From Alphaproteobacteria bacterium (GTDB taxonomy: Bacteria > Pseudomonadota > Alphaproteobacteria > MPNO01): 64,000 nt of DNA. Under the pieces are notes generated by a model. The model made no database searches. It was not told the DNA's origin and saw only the letters and a list, made by a program, of their open reading frames with translations. Below, piece by piece: positions 8,863 to 17,033 of the stretch. The stretch spans positions 672,001 through 736,000 of the forward strand of contig OZ219865.1 of assembly GCA_964291675.2 (NCBI GenBank). Direction: 5' to 3'. The stretch's first letter is position 1, and every line of letters begins with the position of its first letter. The position numbers and the translations under genes are program-made.

Positions 8863-9162
8863 TCAACGCTTGGTTCGGTCGATCCGCACAATCGCCCCCG
8901 CCGCTTCAAGCCGAGCGAACAAACGGTCGATCATCGCCCGCCGCCCGCGGTCCCGCGCAACCTGGCGCGTCAGCCAAAGCAAGTCGAGCCACGCCGCGGC
9001 GTCAGCTTGGTCGCCGTGTTCGTTGATATGCCGGATGGCAGCGATGAACCTGTCGACCATCTTGCGTCGTTTGAGCCGGGCGAGCTTCATGGCAGCCCGC
9101 TGGATTTCAGCGGCAGTCGGCTGCTCGCCCGTCGCGTCGCAATAGCTCCATTGGTCAGGCAT
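8863..9162 (-). CDS. Hypothetical helical protein (satellite)
   Basis: MPDQWSY...; AAGGGG RBS; alternative in-frame start at 9276. Confidence 0.6.
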   Translation of the reverse strand: MPDQWSYCDATGEQPTAAEIQRAAMKLARLKRRKMVDRFIAAIRHINEHGDQADAAAWLDLLWLTRQVARDRGRRAMIDRLFARLEAAGAIVRIDRTKR

Positions 9163-9284
9163 CAGACCGCCCCTTGTGGACGCCCAGGGAGCCCGTACAG
9201 CGCCATAGCGGTATTCTCGGCTACCCGATGCACCCCCGCCCCTCGCATGGACGCCGTACGCGCTCCGCAGCGCCATCGTTTCGC

Positions 9285-9608
9285 CTACGCCTCGATGCCG
9301 AGCGCCCGCATTGCGTCGCGCCAGCGTTTCGGCACCGACTTCCGAGGAGCCCCGCCGCCATCGAGGAACAGCCCGACGCGCTCGACGGTGTGCGGGCCGT
9401 CCGGCAAGTCGTCGGCCTCGATCCAGCGCCACGCATTCCCGCGCTGGATCGCAACGCCGAGGACGGTCCGACGATCCGGGCCTTCGTATCCGCAGACGAC
9501 CGCCGAGCGCCCGCGGACGAGATGGGCGGCGACGAACTCGGCCTCGCCTTGAGCCCGCGCACGGTGCGCCCGCGTCCGCCGTCTGGCCGCTTTCCTGTCG
9601 CCGCTCAT
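9285..9608 (-). CDS. Hypothetical protein (satellite)
   Basis: ATGA overlap with the portal-like gene stop. Confidence 0.65.
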   Translation of the reverse strand: MSGDRKAARRRTRAHRARAQGEAEFVAAHLVRGRSAVVCGYEGPDRRTVLGVAIQRGNAWRWIEADDLPDGPHTVERVGLFLDGGGAPRKSVPKRWRDAMRALGIEA

Positions 9609-10594
9609 TGGTCAAGTCCCGCGAGCCGCGCCGCGTCCTCGTTCGAAAACCCCGCCTGAACCAGCCGGTTCGCCGCCTGCGACCGCAGCGCCGCAGCGCG
9701 GGCAAGGTCGAGATGGCTTGCCGGTATCCACGCGTCGCGGTTGAGCCGGATTTCGGTTTCGAGCTTGGCGCTCGCTTCGACCTCGACCATGGACGCCAGC
9801 GGGTTGAACGTCCGCACGATTGCGAGCCGCCACGCCGCGGGCCCGCTGTCTCGGCCCGTCAATGGCTGCAACAGTCCGGTGATGCCGAACGCAGCCTCGA
9901 TGTCGTTGCGGACTTGCTCCCGCAGCGCCACGAGGCCCGCGCTCGGCTCGGGTCCGTAGTGCTGGCCGTGCTCGGCGCCTGGCGGCATGACTACCAGTCC
10001 GCTTCTCGCGAGCGCCGCGCCGAACGTCGCGGCGATCTGGTCGCGAACTTCCTTCCCGGCGCGCGCCATCTGTTCGCCCATGTTGATCGCATGGCCGGGC
10101 GGGATGGATGCCTCCGTTGCCGCCGCAGCGTCCACCACGACAGCGAGCGACGCGGCGCTATCGCCAGCGCCGATCGGAGCCCCGCCCGCGAGGACCAGAT
10201 GGACAACGCCGCCGTCCTCGGTGTCATGCTTCGCCGTGTTGCCGTCCGGCAGCGTGACGGAGCCCGTCCACTGGTCGCCCTTGCGCGTCGCGGCGTAGGG
10301 CAAGAGCGTTGCGGCCTCGCCTTCAAGCATGATGGCGAGCGTCGCCTTGCCGCGAAGCCCGAGTTGCCGTCCGGCCCAGTAGAGGACTTCGCCGGTCAAC
10401 GGAGCACCCGGCGTCGCGGCGGCCAGCGCCCAGCCCCATGTCCGGACGGCCGCGCCGATCAGCGTGACTTGCTCATGGCCCGGCAGCGATCCGCCGTCGA
10501 GCGTGAGCGCCCCGCCGGCCGCCAAGTCGGTTTCGGATTTCGTCCGCGTGACCCATGGCACGGCCGCGAGTAGCGCATTGAGACCCCAGCGCAT
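9605..10594 (-). CDS. Divergent phage portal-like protein
   Basis: Position after protease (TGATG coupling); portal-like segments VVH, LVALREQVRNDIEAAFGI..LL, TFNPLASMVEVEASAKL, LVQAGFSNEDAARLAGL. Confidence 0.65.
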   Translation of the reverse strand: MRWGLNALLAAVPWVTRTKSETDLAAGGALTLDGGSLPGHEQVTLIGAAVRTWGWALAAATPGAPLTGEVLYWAGRQLGLRGKATLAIMLEGEAATLLPYAATRKGDQWTGSVTLPDGNTAKHDTEDGGVVHLVLAGGAPIGAGDSAASLAVVVDAAAATEASIPPGHAINMGEQMARAGKEVRDQIAATFGAALARSGLVVMPPGAEHGQHYGPEPSAGLVALREQVRNDIEAAFGITGLLQPLTGRDSGPAAWRLAIVRTFNPLASMVEVEASAKLETEIRLNRDAWIPASHLDLARAAALRSQAANRLVQAGFSNEDAARLAGLDQ

Positions 10595-11082
10595 CAGTAG
10601 AGCCACGGCGACGGCGCCGTGTCCTCGTCGGCCGAGCGCGCCGCGACGGTCGCGTCCGGGTAGGCGCCGGTGTCGACGACCGCGACGCCGAACAGCTCGG
10701 CCTTCTCGATCACGCGGACCCCCGCCTCGCGGCGTTCGGACAACGCGCGAAACTCGACGGACAACCCGCGCAATATTCCCGCCTCGACCAGCGCAATCGT
10801 GTCGTCGGCGTCGCGCGTGTTGGGCAAGGTCGCCTCTATCGCGAGCGAGGCCGCACTGTCGCGCAATTCGAGCCCGCCGCCGCCCGTCCGCGCCAGTGGT
10901 CGCGCACGATCATGGTGGGCGTTCAGGATCACGTCGCCTTTCGGAATGAGGCTGCCGGGCTCGAAGCGTTCCCGCTGGCCGTTCTTGACGCCGCCGGCGC
11001 CGTATTTCATCGCCACGCCCGTCAGCTTGCGGCCGTCGAGCGTGACGCCATCGGCGTATCGCCGTTCGATTGTCTGTGTCAT
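10594..11082 (-). CDS. HK97-family prohead (maturation) protease
   Basis: LTGVAMKYG, ERFEPGSL, LNAHHD..RPLART, LPNTRDADD, GILRGLSVEF, VVDTGAYP. Confidence 0.9.
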   Translation of the reverse strand: MTQTIERRYADGVTLDGRKLTGVAMKYGAGGVKNGQRERFEPGSLIPKGDVILNAHHDRARPLARTGGGGLELRDSAASLAIEATLPNTRDADDTIALVEAGILRGLSVEFRALSERREAGVRVIEKAELFGVAVVDTGAYPDATVAARSADEDTAPSPWLY

Positions 11083-11115
11083 GTCGAATTTCCCGTTTCG
11101 TATGGACCTGGGGAG

Positions 11116-11185
11116 GCCGCAGAGCGTCCATCGTCGAGGCGCAAGTGTCTCGGTAGCCCGCGAAACGACCATGGCGCTCTGCGGC
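11116..11185 (-). promoter_or_regulatory. Long stem-loop between capsid and protease genes
   Basis: GCCGCAGAGCGTCCATCGTCG pairs with CGACCATGGCGCTCTGCGGC. Confidence 0.6.
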
Positions 11186-11210
11186 GTTCCCTGTGGCTGC
11201 TGCGCGGCCG

Positions 11211-12407
11211 CTACTGGTGCTGGGCTTGGACCCTGACGAAGCCGTCGCTACGCAACACGTCCCATGCCGCCAGCATGATCGCCGTGAGCTTGACCTCGCC
11301 CGTGCCGACCGCCGAAACGCGGTCCTCGACCAGCTCGACGTTCTCCCACACGGCCGCCGCGAAATCCTGGTTTCCACCCTTCCGAATGAGAACGTCCTGC
11401 TTGTTCGCCGCCGTGTCCGGAATGTTCGCCGACACGCGGAGCCCGCCGACCAGCGCCCGCACGGCCGCGACGGACGAAGCGTCCGAATTGTTGGTGCGGT
11501 AGAGCGCCGCCCAATCCGTCAACGTGTCGGCGCCCACCATGATCCGGAGCGCCGCCTCGTCGGCCGCATAGGTCCCGTCGACGTTCGGATAGACGAACCG
11601 CGAAAAGACGGTCGCGAACGTGTCGGCCGCATTGGCTGCCGTGCGGTTCACGTCGGCGACGATCTGCGCCACGACTTGCGCATCGAAGGCAGCGCCCAGC
11701 GCCTCGCGGAGCGCTTCGCGGAGACCGGTATCGAGGCCGGCGAACCGCGCCGCGTCCGTGCGCCGATAGCGGAAACCGGCCTGGACGCGCTCGGGCGGCA
11801 GCGAGTAGAGCGCGATCACGCCGTTCGTCTCGGTCGCGTCGGTGCTATCGGTGAACGGTCCCTTGACGCTCGGATCGCTGGTCAGTACGGGATAGCCCGC
11901 CGTCCCGACTTCGACGATTTCGGGCGCGATGCCGAAGAACGCCGCATCGCCGGTCGCGAACGGGCCATAGATCAACGGACGCTCGGCGACGGATACGCTG
12001 GCAGGAACCGTGGTTGCCGCGCGCGTCTCGACGGCCAGCGCGCGGATGCTGAACTGACCGTCGGGGATGTTCCGCTCGGCGTTGTATTCGGCGGTCGGGC
12101 CGTCGAGGCTTCGACGCTCGCCCGTCACCATTGCGGCGACGGCGCCAAGGTCATACCCCGCCACCAGCGCGTCGGCCTCGCGCTGTTCGGCGGAACGCTG
12201 GTCGTTGGGGAGCTTGTCCAGCTCGCCGTCGATCCGGTCCAGCTCGCCGTTGATGGCCACGTGGCGATCCTCGATTTCGCGCTGGCGCTCAGGCTTGGGA
12301 GCGTCGGCCCGCGCCAGCTCGATGCGCTCGTTCTGGAGCGACCGCTGTTCGCGCTCCAGCTTCTTGCGCTCCATCTTCAGGCGATGGCGCTGTTGTGCGG
12401 TTGTCAT
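11211..12407 (-). CDS. Major capsid protein, HK97-like fold with N-terminal coiled-coil (delta/scaffold) domain
   Basis: ~400 aa; charged coiled-coil N-terminus; C-terminal W.NVELVED...GEVKLTA...DVLR..GF pattern; adjacent to prohead protease. Confidence 0.8.
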   Translation of the reverse strand: MTTAQQRHRLKMERKKLEREQRSLQNERIELARADAPKPERQREIEDRHVAINGELDRIDGELDKLPNDQRSAEQREADALVAGYDLGAVAAMVTGERRSLDGPTAEYNAERNIPDGQFSIRALAVETRAATTVPASVSVAERPLIYGPFATGDAAFFGIAPEIVEVGTAGYPVLTSDPSVKGPFTDSTDATETNGVIALYSLPPERVQAGFRYRRTDAARFAGLDTGLREALREALGAAFDAQVVAQIVADVNRTAANAADTFATVFSRFVYPNVDGTYAADEAALRIMVGADTLTDWAALYRTNNSDASSVAAVRALVGGLRVSANIPDTAANKQDVLIRKGGNQDFAAAVWENVELVEDRVSAVGTGEVKLTAIMLAAWDVLRSDGFVRVQAQHQ

Positions 12408-12417
12408 GCGTAGTCCC

Positions 12418-12514
12418 TTCATCTGGCGGTCGCTGCGGCCACGGCCACGGGCTCGGCCGAATAGACTTCGCCCGCGTGGTGGCGCCGCATGTTGCCGCAG
12501 CGACCAGAGATGAA
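12418..12514 (-). promoter_or_regulatory. Long stem-loop in capsid gene leader
   Basis: TTCATCTGGCGGTCGCTGCGGC pairs with GCCGCAGCGACCAGAGATGAA, with nested inner stems. Confidence 0.6.
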
Positions 12515-12601
12515 AGAACGCGACGCCACCCGTCCGCGAGTGGGAGGACGATCCCGCCGCAGTCGCTTCGAGTGGTGCTATTCGTTGAGCGGGGGGATTG
12601 C

Positions 12602-13174
12602 TCAGATACCGAGAGACGCTATCGCGTCGCGCGCGATGTCTCGGTCAGCGTGCCAAATGCCCTCAACGGTCTTGTAGTTGAGACCATACTTGATCGCCAC
12701 GTTGTCACAGTGGCTTTCCCCGGCGATGGCACGCCCGCCCCGGTTCTTGTCAACGCGGCGTGTTGTGCGGAGGTTGGGATTTGATCGCTGGCTACGCACG
12801 ATGTCCTTCAGGATTTCGAGGTCGCGGTCCAGCTTCGGCGCTTGACCGGGCGGCCGCTTCGCGCCGTCCAGTCGCTCCAAAATCCACTCGCGGAACTGGC
12901 GCGGCAGCGGTGCTATGTCCTGCCGCAACAGCCAAGGCGTCAATGCCGCGAGTTGATCCCAAGCGAGACGGTGCTTGCGCGCCTTGACAACGAGCCCCGC
13001 GACGCGCCCGTTGAACAACAGAGGTTGCTCGCGCCCGAGTGTTTCCAGCACGCCAGCGTGGAGCTCCGCCCATTGGGCCGGCGATCGGAGGACCTCGGAG
13101 GCAATCCCCGCGAACGCGAAATCAACCTCGTCCGGATCGTCGGGCATGTAGTAGCTTGTAGGCGTATCGGTCAC
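12602..13174 (-). CDS. Hypothetical protein, possible C-terminal HTH regulator
   Basis: GTG start with GGAGG RBS; C-terminal CDNVAIKYGLNYKTVEGIW resembles a helix-turn-helix. Confidence 0.6.
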   Translation of the reverse strand: MTDTPTSYYMPDDPDEVDFAFAGIASEVLRSPAQWAELHAGVLETLGREQPLLFNGRVAGLVVKARKHRLAWDQLAALTPWLLRQDIAPLPRQFREWILERLDGAKRPPGQAPKLDRDLEILKDIVRSQRSNPNLRTTRRVDKNRGGRAIAGESHCDNVAIKYGLNYKTVEGIWHADRDIARDAIASLGI

Positions 13175-13253
13175 GGCGGGCCTCCGAGCGGCGGCGCAAC
13201 ATTGAGCGCTCCGCAAGCTGCTGTCTCCTGCAAATCGCAGCCCCTCGCAGCCG

Positions 13254-14513
13254 TCAGCCGGTCAGGAACTCCGCCCAGTCCGCCATGACTTCGCGGCGGC
13301 GCTCCAGCATGGTCGTCCGCATGTAGGCTTGCACCGTAGCGTTGCCGTTGGCGTGAGCGAGACAGGCTTCGGCGACCTCGAACGCGACGCCGGTCTCGGC
13401 CGCCCAATCGCGAAACGTCGAACGCCATCCGTGCGGAACGGCCTCGTCGGTGACGGCTCGCAGCGCACCCACCATGTACGATGTCGGTCTCCCACGCGCT
13501 CCGATCCGCGGGAACAGCAAGCGTCCGCCGTCGAGGCGCGGCGCCACGATGGACACGGCCGCGTCCGACAGCGGCGCGACGTGTTCCCGCCCCGTCTTCA
13601 TGCGTTCGCCGGGGATCGTCCACCGGAGCGTCTTCAAATCGAATTCGGCTTGCTCGGCCTTCGCCGCTTCGATGGGCCGAACGGCGGTCAGCGCCTGCAG
13701 GCGTACAGCCGCCCCGGCCTCGGTATCCGGCAGCGCGGCAAACACGGCCGGCGCATCCTCCCCGCGCAACGCGGCGTGATGCTTTTCGGCGGGCAGCTTC
13801 GGCAACAGCTTTGCGAGCGCCCGCCCCGTCGCCACGTTGTCCTCAAGGTGTTCGGCCGCAATCGCCCAGTCCAGTACGCTGCAAATATTGCTCCGGAGCT
13901 GGATCGCGGTCCCCCGCCGTCCTTCGCGATGGTGCGGCTCCAACACGGCCGCCACGTCGCGGCGCTTGATCGCGTCAACAGGTATGTTCGCCAGTGGCGC
14001 CGCCCAGCGTTTCAGACGGGCGGCGGCCTCTTTGCGCGGGCGCTCCTTCCGTCCCGAGATGGCCAGCCATTCATCCGCCGCTTCGGCGAAGGTCGGAGCA
14101 TCGCCGGGGCGCGACGGCTCGGGATCGTCCGCCTCGAAATTGACGCCCGCCGGCGTATGAGCGTTGAGGATCGCCGCGACGATCCGCTCCTTGTCGCTGA
14201 GGTCCATACGCTCCGCGGCCGTCATCGCCGCGTCTACGGCGGGCCGCGCTCGGGCAAGGCCTCGCTCAATCTGGGCGGCTTGGTACGTCGCCGCCGCCTG
14301 TTCGCGCGCGGCGTCAAGATCGTCGAGCTTGCCGAGGCTGCGATCTACGCGCTTGCCGTCGCGGTCGGGATAGCGAAGGCGGAGATACCAAGTGCGACTT
14401 CCCGCCTTCGTCTTGCGAACCACGAGCTGGAGCCCGTTCGCGTCATCCTGATCGGCGCCGTCCCAGTAGGTGCCAGGGGGCGCGGTTTCGAGCGCTTCGG
14501 CTGTGAATTTCAT
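13254..14513 (-). CDS. P4-like tyrosine integrase with N-terminal arm-binding domain
   Basis: GLQLVV...SRTWYLR arm domain; catalytic R (TAVRPIE), K (MKTG), HGWR, LAH, Y (AYMR) all present. Confidence 0.95.
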   Translation of the reverse strand: MKFTAEALETAPPGTYWDGADQDDANGLQLVVRKTKAGSRTWYLRLRYPDRDGKRVDRSLGKLDDLDAAREQAAATYQAAQIERGLARARPAVDAAMTAAERMDLSDKERIVAAILNAHTPAGVNFEADDPEPSRPGDAPTFAEAADEWLAISGRKERPRKEAAARLKRWAAPLANIPVDAIKRRDVAAVLEPHHREGRRGTAIQLRSNICSVLDWAIAAEHLEDNVATGRALAKLLPKLPAEKHHAALRGEDAPAVFAALPDTEAGAAVRLQALTAVRPIEAAKAEQAEFDLKTLRWTIPGERMKTGREHVAPLSDAAVSIVAPRLDGGRLLFPRIGARGRPTSYMVGALRAVTDEAVPHGWRSTFRDWAAETGVAFEVAEACLAHANGNATVQAYMRTTMLERRREVMADWAEFLTG

Positions 14514-14564
14514 GGCCGCATCTCCGCTTCGCGTTGTCGCTGCGGAGACAGTAGCGGGGAGGCG

Positions 14565-14600
14565 TGTACCCAGTCAAGTACCCAAAGACCATCAGACGTG
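14565..14600. other. att junction (iscA side): arm-type sites plus 9-bp core
   Basis: GTACCC at 14566 and 14578 (12-bp period, inverted relative to the other end); TCAGACGTG at 14592-14600. Confidence 0.8.
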
Positions 14601-14927
14601 GAAGGATTCGCCGCAGCCGCAGCGCCCCTTCTCGTTCGGATTGTTGAACACGAAGCCGGATTGCAGCTTGTCCTCGACATAGTCCATCTCGGTGCCGACC
14701 AGGAACATCAGCGCCCTGCCGTCGATCAGCACGGTGACCCCCTTGTCCTCGACGATCTCGTCGAGCGGGTTCCTTTCGGCGGCGAACTCCATCTGGTAGG
14801 CCATGCCCGAGCAGCCGCCGGTGCGGACGCCGATGCGGAGCCCGACGGCCGGCTCATCGCGCCGCGCCATCAGGTGCCGAACGCGGTCGGCGGCGGCATC
14901 GGTCATGGTCATCGCCTGCTTGTTCAT
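14592..14927 (-). CDS. iscA: Iron-sulfur cluster assembly accessory protein (IscA/SufA)
   Basis: GGCSG and CGCGESF motifs. Confidence 0.95.
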   Translation of the reverse strand: MNKQAMTMTDAAADRVRHLMARRDEPAVGLRIGVRTGGCSGMAYQMEFAAERNPLDEIVEDKGVTVLIDGRALMFLVGTEMDYVEDKLQSGFVFNNPNEKGRCGCGESFHV

Positions 14928-14964
14928 CGCCTCTCCTCCGCCGTCATCCTACCCGGTCCGGCCA

Positions 14965-15324
14965 TCACATGAACCCCAGCTCGAGCTTCGCCGCCTCGCT
15001 CATCATCTCCGGCGTCCAGGGCGGGTCCCAGGTGAGCTCGACATGGACGTCGTTCACGTCGTCGACCCCGCGGACCCGCGACTCCACCTCGATGGGCAGC
15101 GACTCGGCGACCGGGCACATCGGCGAGGTGAGGGTCATCAGGATGTCGACGTCCCGGGCCTCGGACACGCTCACGTCGTAGATCAGGCCGAGCTCGTAGA
15201 TGTTGACCGGGATCTCGGGGTCGTAGACCGAGCTCACCGCCTCGATCACAATCCGGCGCAGGGTTTCCGCCTCGCCCGCCGGGCCGACAGGGGAAGCCTC
15301 GATTCCGGTCGCGTTGTCATCCAT
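14965..15324 (-). CDS. sufT: SUF system Fe-S assembly protein (DUF59)
   Basis: DPEIPVNIYELGLIY, MTLTSPMCP, WDPPW. Confidence 0.93.
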   Translation of the reverse strand: MDDNATGIEASPVGPAGEAETLRRIVIEAVSSVYDPEIPVNIYELGLIYDVSVSEARDVDILMTLTSPMCPVAESLPIEVESRVRGVDDVNDVHVELTWDPPWTPEMMSEAAKLELGFM

Positions 15325-15341
15325 CGCCGCGCTCTCCGGGC

Positions 15342-15797
15342 TCACTCGGTTGTCACGTCTTCGGCGACGCCGTCGAGCGCCGCCGCCATGGTATGCCAGG
15401 GCAGGGTCGCGCATTTGATGCGCATCGGGAACTCGCGCACCCCGATCAGGGTGGCGAGCTTGTCGAGGGCCTCGATCTCCGCCTCGGAGATGTCGCCCTT
15501 GCGGGTCACGATCTCGTGGAACCGCGCGAAGATGGCGCGCGCGTCCTGGACCCCGCCGCCCTTGATCAATTCCGTCATCATCGAAGCGGAAGCTACTGAA
15601 ATCGCGCAACCTTTGGCTTCGAAACCGATATCGGCGACGGTCCCGTTCGCGAGCCGCATATAGACCTGTATCTTGTCGCCGCAGAGCGGGTTGTTGCCGT
15701 TGGCGCGGTGGCTGTGGGGCTCCAGCGGGCCGGAATTGCGCGGGTTGCGCGAGTGGTCGAGGATGACGTCCTGGTAGAGGCTGCGGAGGTCGATCAT
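15342..15797 (-). CDS. sufU: SUF system NifU-family scaffold
   Basis: LYQDVILDH, NPLCGD, GCAIS, RIKCATL. Confidence 0.95.
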   Translation of the reverse strand: MIDLRSLYQDVILDHSRNPRNSGPLEPHSHRANGNNPLCGDKIQVYMRLANGTVADIGFEAKGCAISVASASMMTELIKGGGVQDARAIFARFHEIVTRKGDISEAEIEALDKLATLIGVREFPMRIKCATLPWHTMAAALDGVAEDVTTE

Positions 15798-17032
15798 CGG
15801 CCGAAGATCTCCTGCACCCGGCCGAGCGCGTCGACCAGCGCGTCGACCTCGTGCCGGGTGTTGTAGAGCCCGAACGAGGCGCGCACCGTGGCCGCCACGT
15901 CGAAGCGGTCCATCACCGGCTGGGCGCAGTGATGCCCGGTACGGACGGCCACGCCCTCGCGGTCGAGGATGGTGCCGACATCGTGCGGATGCACGTCCTC
16001 CAGGTTGAACGAGACGATCGCCGCCTTGTCCGGCGCGGTGCCGATCAGCCGGACCGAGTTGAGCGCGCCGAGCCGCTCGGTGGCGTAGTCGAGCACGTCG
16101 TTCTCGTGCGCGGCGATGCGCTCGAAGCCGATCCCGGTCACGTAGTCGATCGCCGCGCCGAGACCGATGGCGCCCGCGATATGCGGCGTGCCGGCCTCGA
16201 ACTTGAAGGGGAGTCCGGCATAGGTGGTCTTCTCGAAGGTCACCGATTCGATCATCTCGCCGCCGCCCTGGTAGGGCGGCATCGCCTCCAGCAGCGCCTG
16301 CTTGCCGTAGAGCACGCCGATCCCGCTCGGCCCGTACAGCTTGTGGCCGGAGAAGACGTAGAAATCGGCGTCGAGCGCGCGCACGTCGACCTCCATGTGG
16401 GGCACCGCCTGGCAGCCGTCGAGCAGCACCAGCGCGCCGGCGCGGCGGGCAAGCCGGATCGCGTCCGCCACCGGCACCACCGTGCCGAGCGCGTTCGAGA
16501 CATGGGTGATCGCCACCATCTTCGTCCGCGGGCCGATCAGGGCTTCGAGCGCGTCCATGTCGAGCACGCCCTCATCCGAGATCGGCGCCACGCGGATCGC
16601 GGCGCCGGCCTGCTCGGCCACGATTTGCCACGGGACGATGTTGGAGTGGTGCTCCATCACCGAGAGCACGATCTCGTCGCCCGGCGCGAGGTTGGCGCGT
16701 CCCCAGCTGGAGGCGACCAGGTTGATCCCCTCGGTCGCGCCGCGCACGAAGATCGCCTCATGCGCGTGCTCGGCGTTGATCAGCGTGCGCGCCTTCTCGC
16801 GCGCCGCCTCCATCGCGTCGGTCGACTTCTGGCTCATGTAGTGCACGCCGCGATGGACGTTGGCGTATTCCGCCTCGTAGACATGGGCGAGGCTGTCGAT
16901 CACCGCGCGCGGCTTCTGGGCGCTCGCGCCGTTGTCGAGATAGACCAGAGTCTTGCCATAGACGCTCTCGCCGAGGATCGGGAAATCCCGGCGGATCGCG
17001 TCGACGTCGTAGGCTCCGTTGACCGCCGTCAT
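15794..17032 (-). CDS. sufS: Cysteine desulfurase
   Basis: YLDNGAS, FSGHK, RTGHHCAQP. Confidence 0.96.
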   Translation of the reverse strand: MTAVNGAYDVDAIRRDFPILGESVYGKTLVYLDNGASAQKPRAVIDSLAHVYEAEYANVHRGVHYMSQKSTDAMEAAREKARTLINAEHAHEAIFVRGATEGINLVASSWGRANLAPGDEIVLSVMEHHSNIVPWQIVAEQAGAAIRVAPISDEGVLDMDALEALIGPRTKMVAITHVSNALGTVVPVADAIRLARRAGALVLLDGCQAVPHMEVDVRALDADFYVFSGHKLYGPSGIGVLYGKQALLEAMPPYQGGGEMIESVTFEKTTYAGLPFKFEAGTPHIAGAIGLGAAIDYVTGIGFERIAAHENDVLDYATERLGALNSVRLIGTAPDKAAIVSFNLEDVHPHDVGTILDREGVAVRTGHHCAQPVMDRFDVAATVRASFGLYNTRHEVDALVDALGRVQEIFGR

Positions 17033-17033
17033 C

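Larger units (their letters stand above)
7171..14600 (-). mobile_element. Integrated capsid-encoding phage-satellite-like element (~7.4 kb) in iscA 3' end
   Basis: TCAGACGTG direct repeat at 7171-7179 and 14592-14600; inverted GGGTAC doublets just inside both ends; integrase, capsid, protease and portal-like genes, all on the minus strand. Confidence 0.88.

Noticed and set aside
7171-14600. Gene transfer agent, encapsulin locus or full prophage
   Set aside because: Has integrase and att ends (unlike GTA), protease and portal-like genes (unlike encapsulins), and no tail, lysis or terminase genes within intact ends
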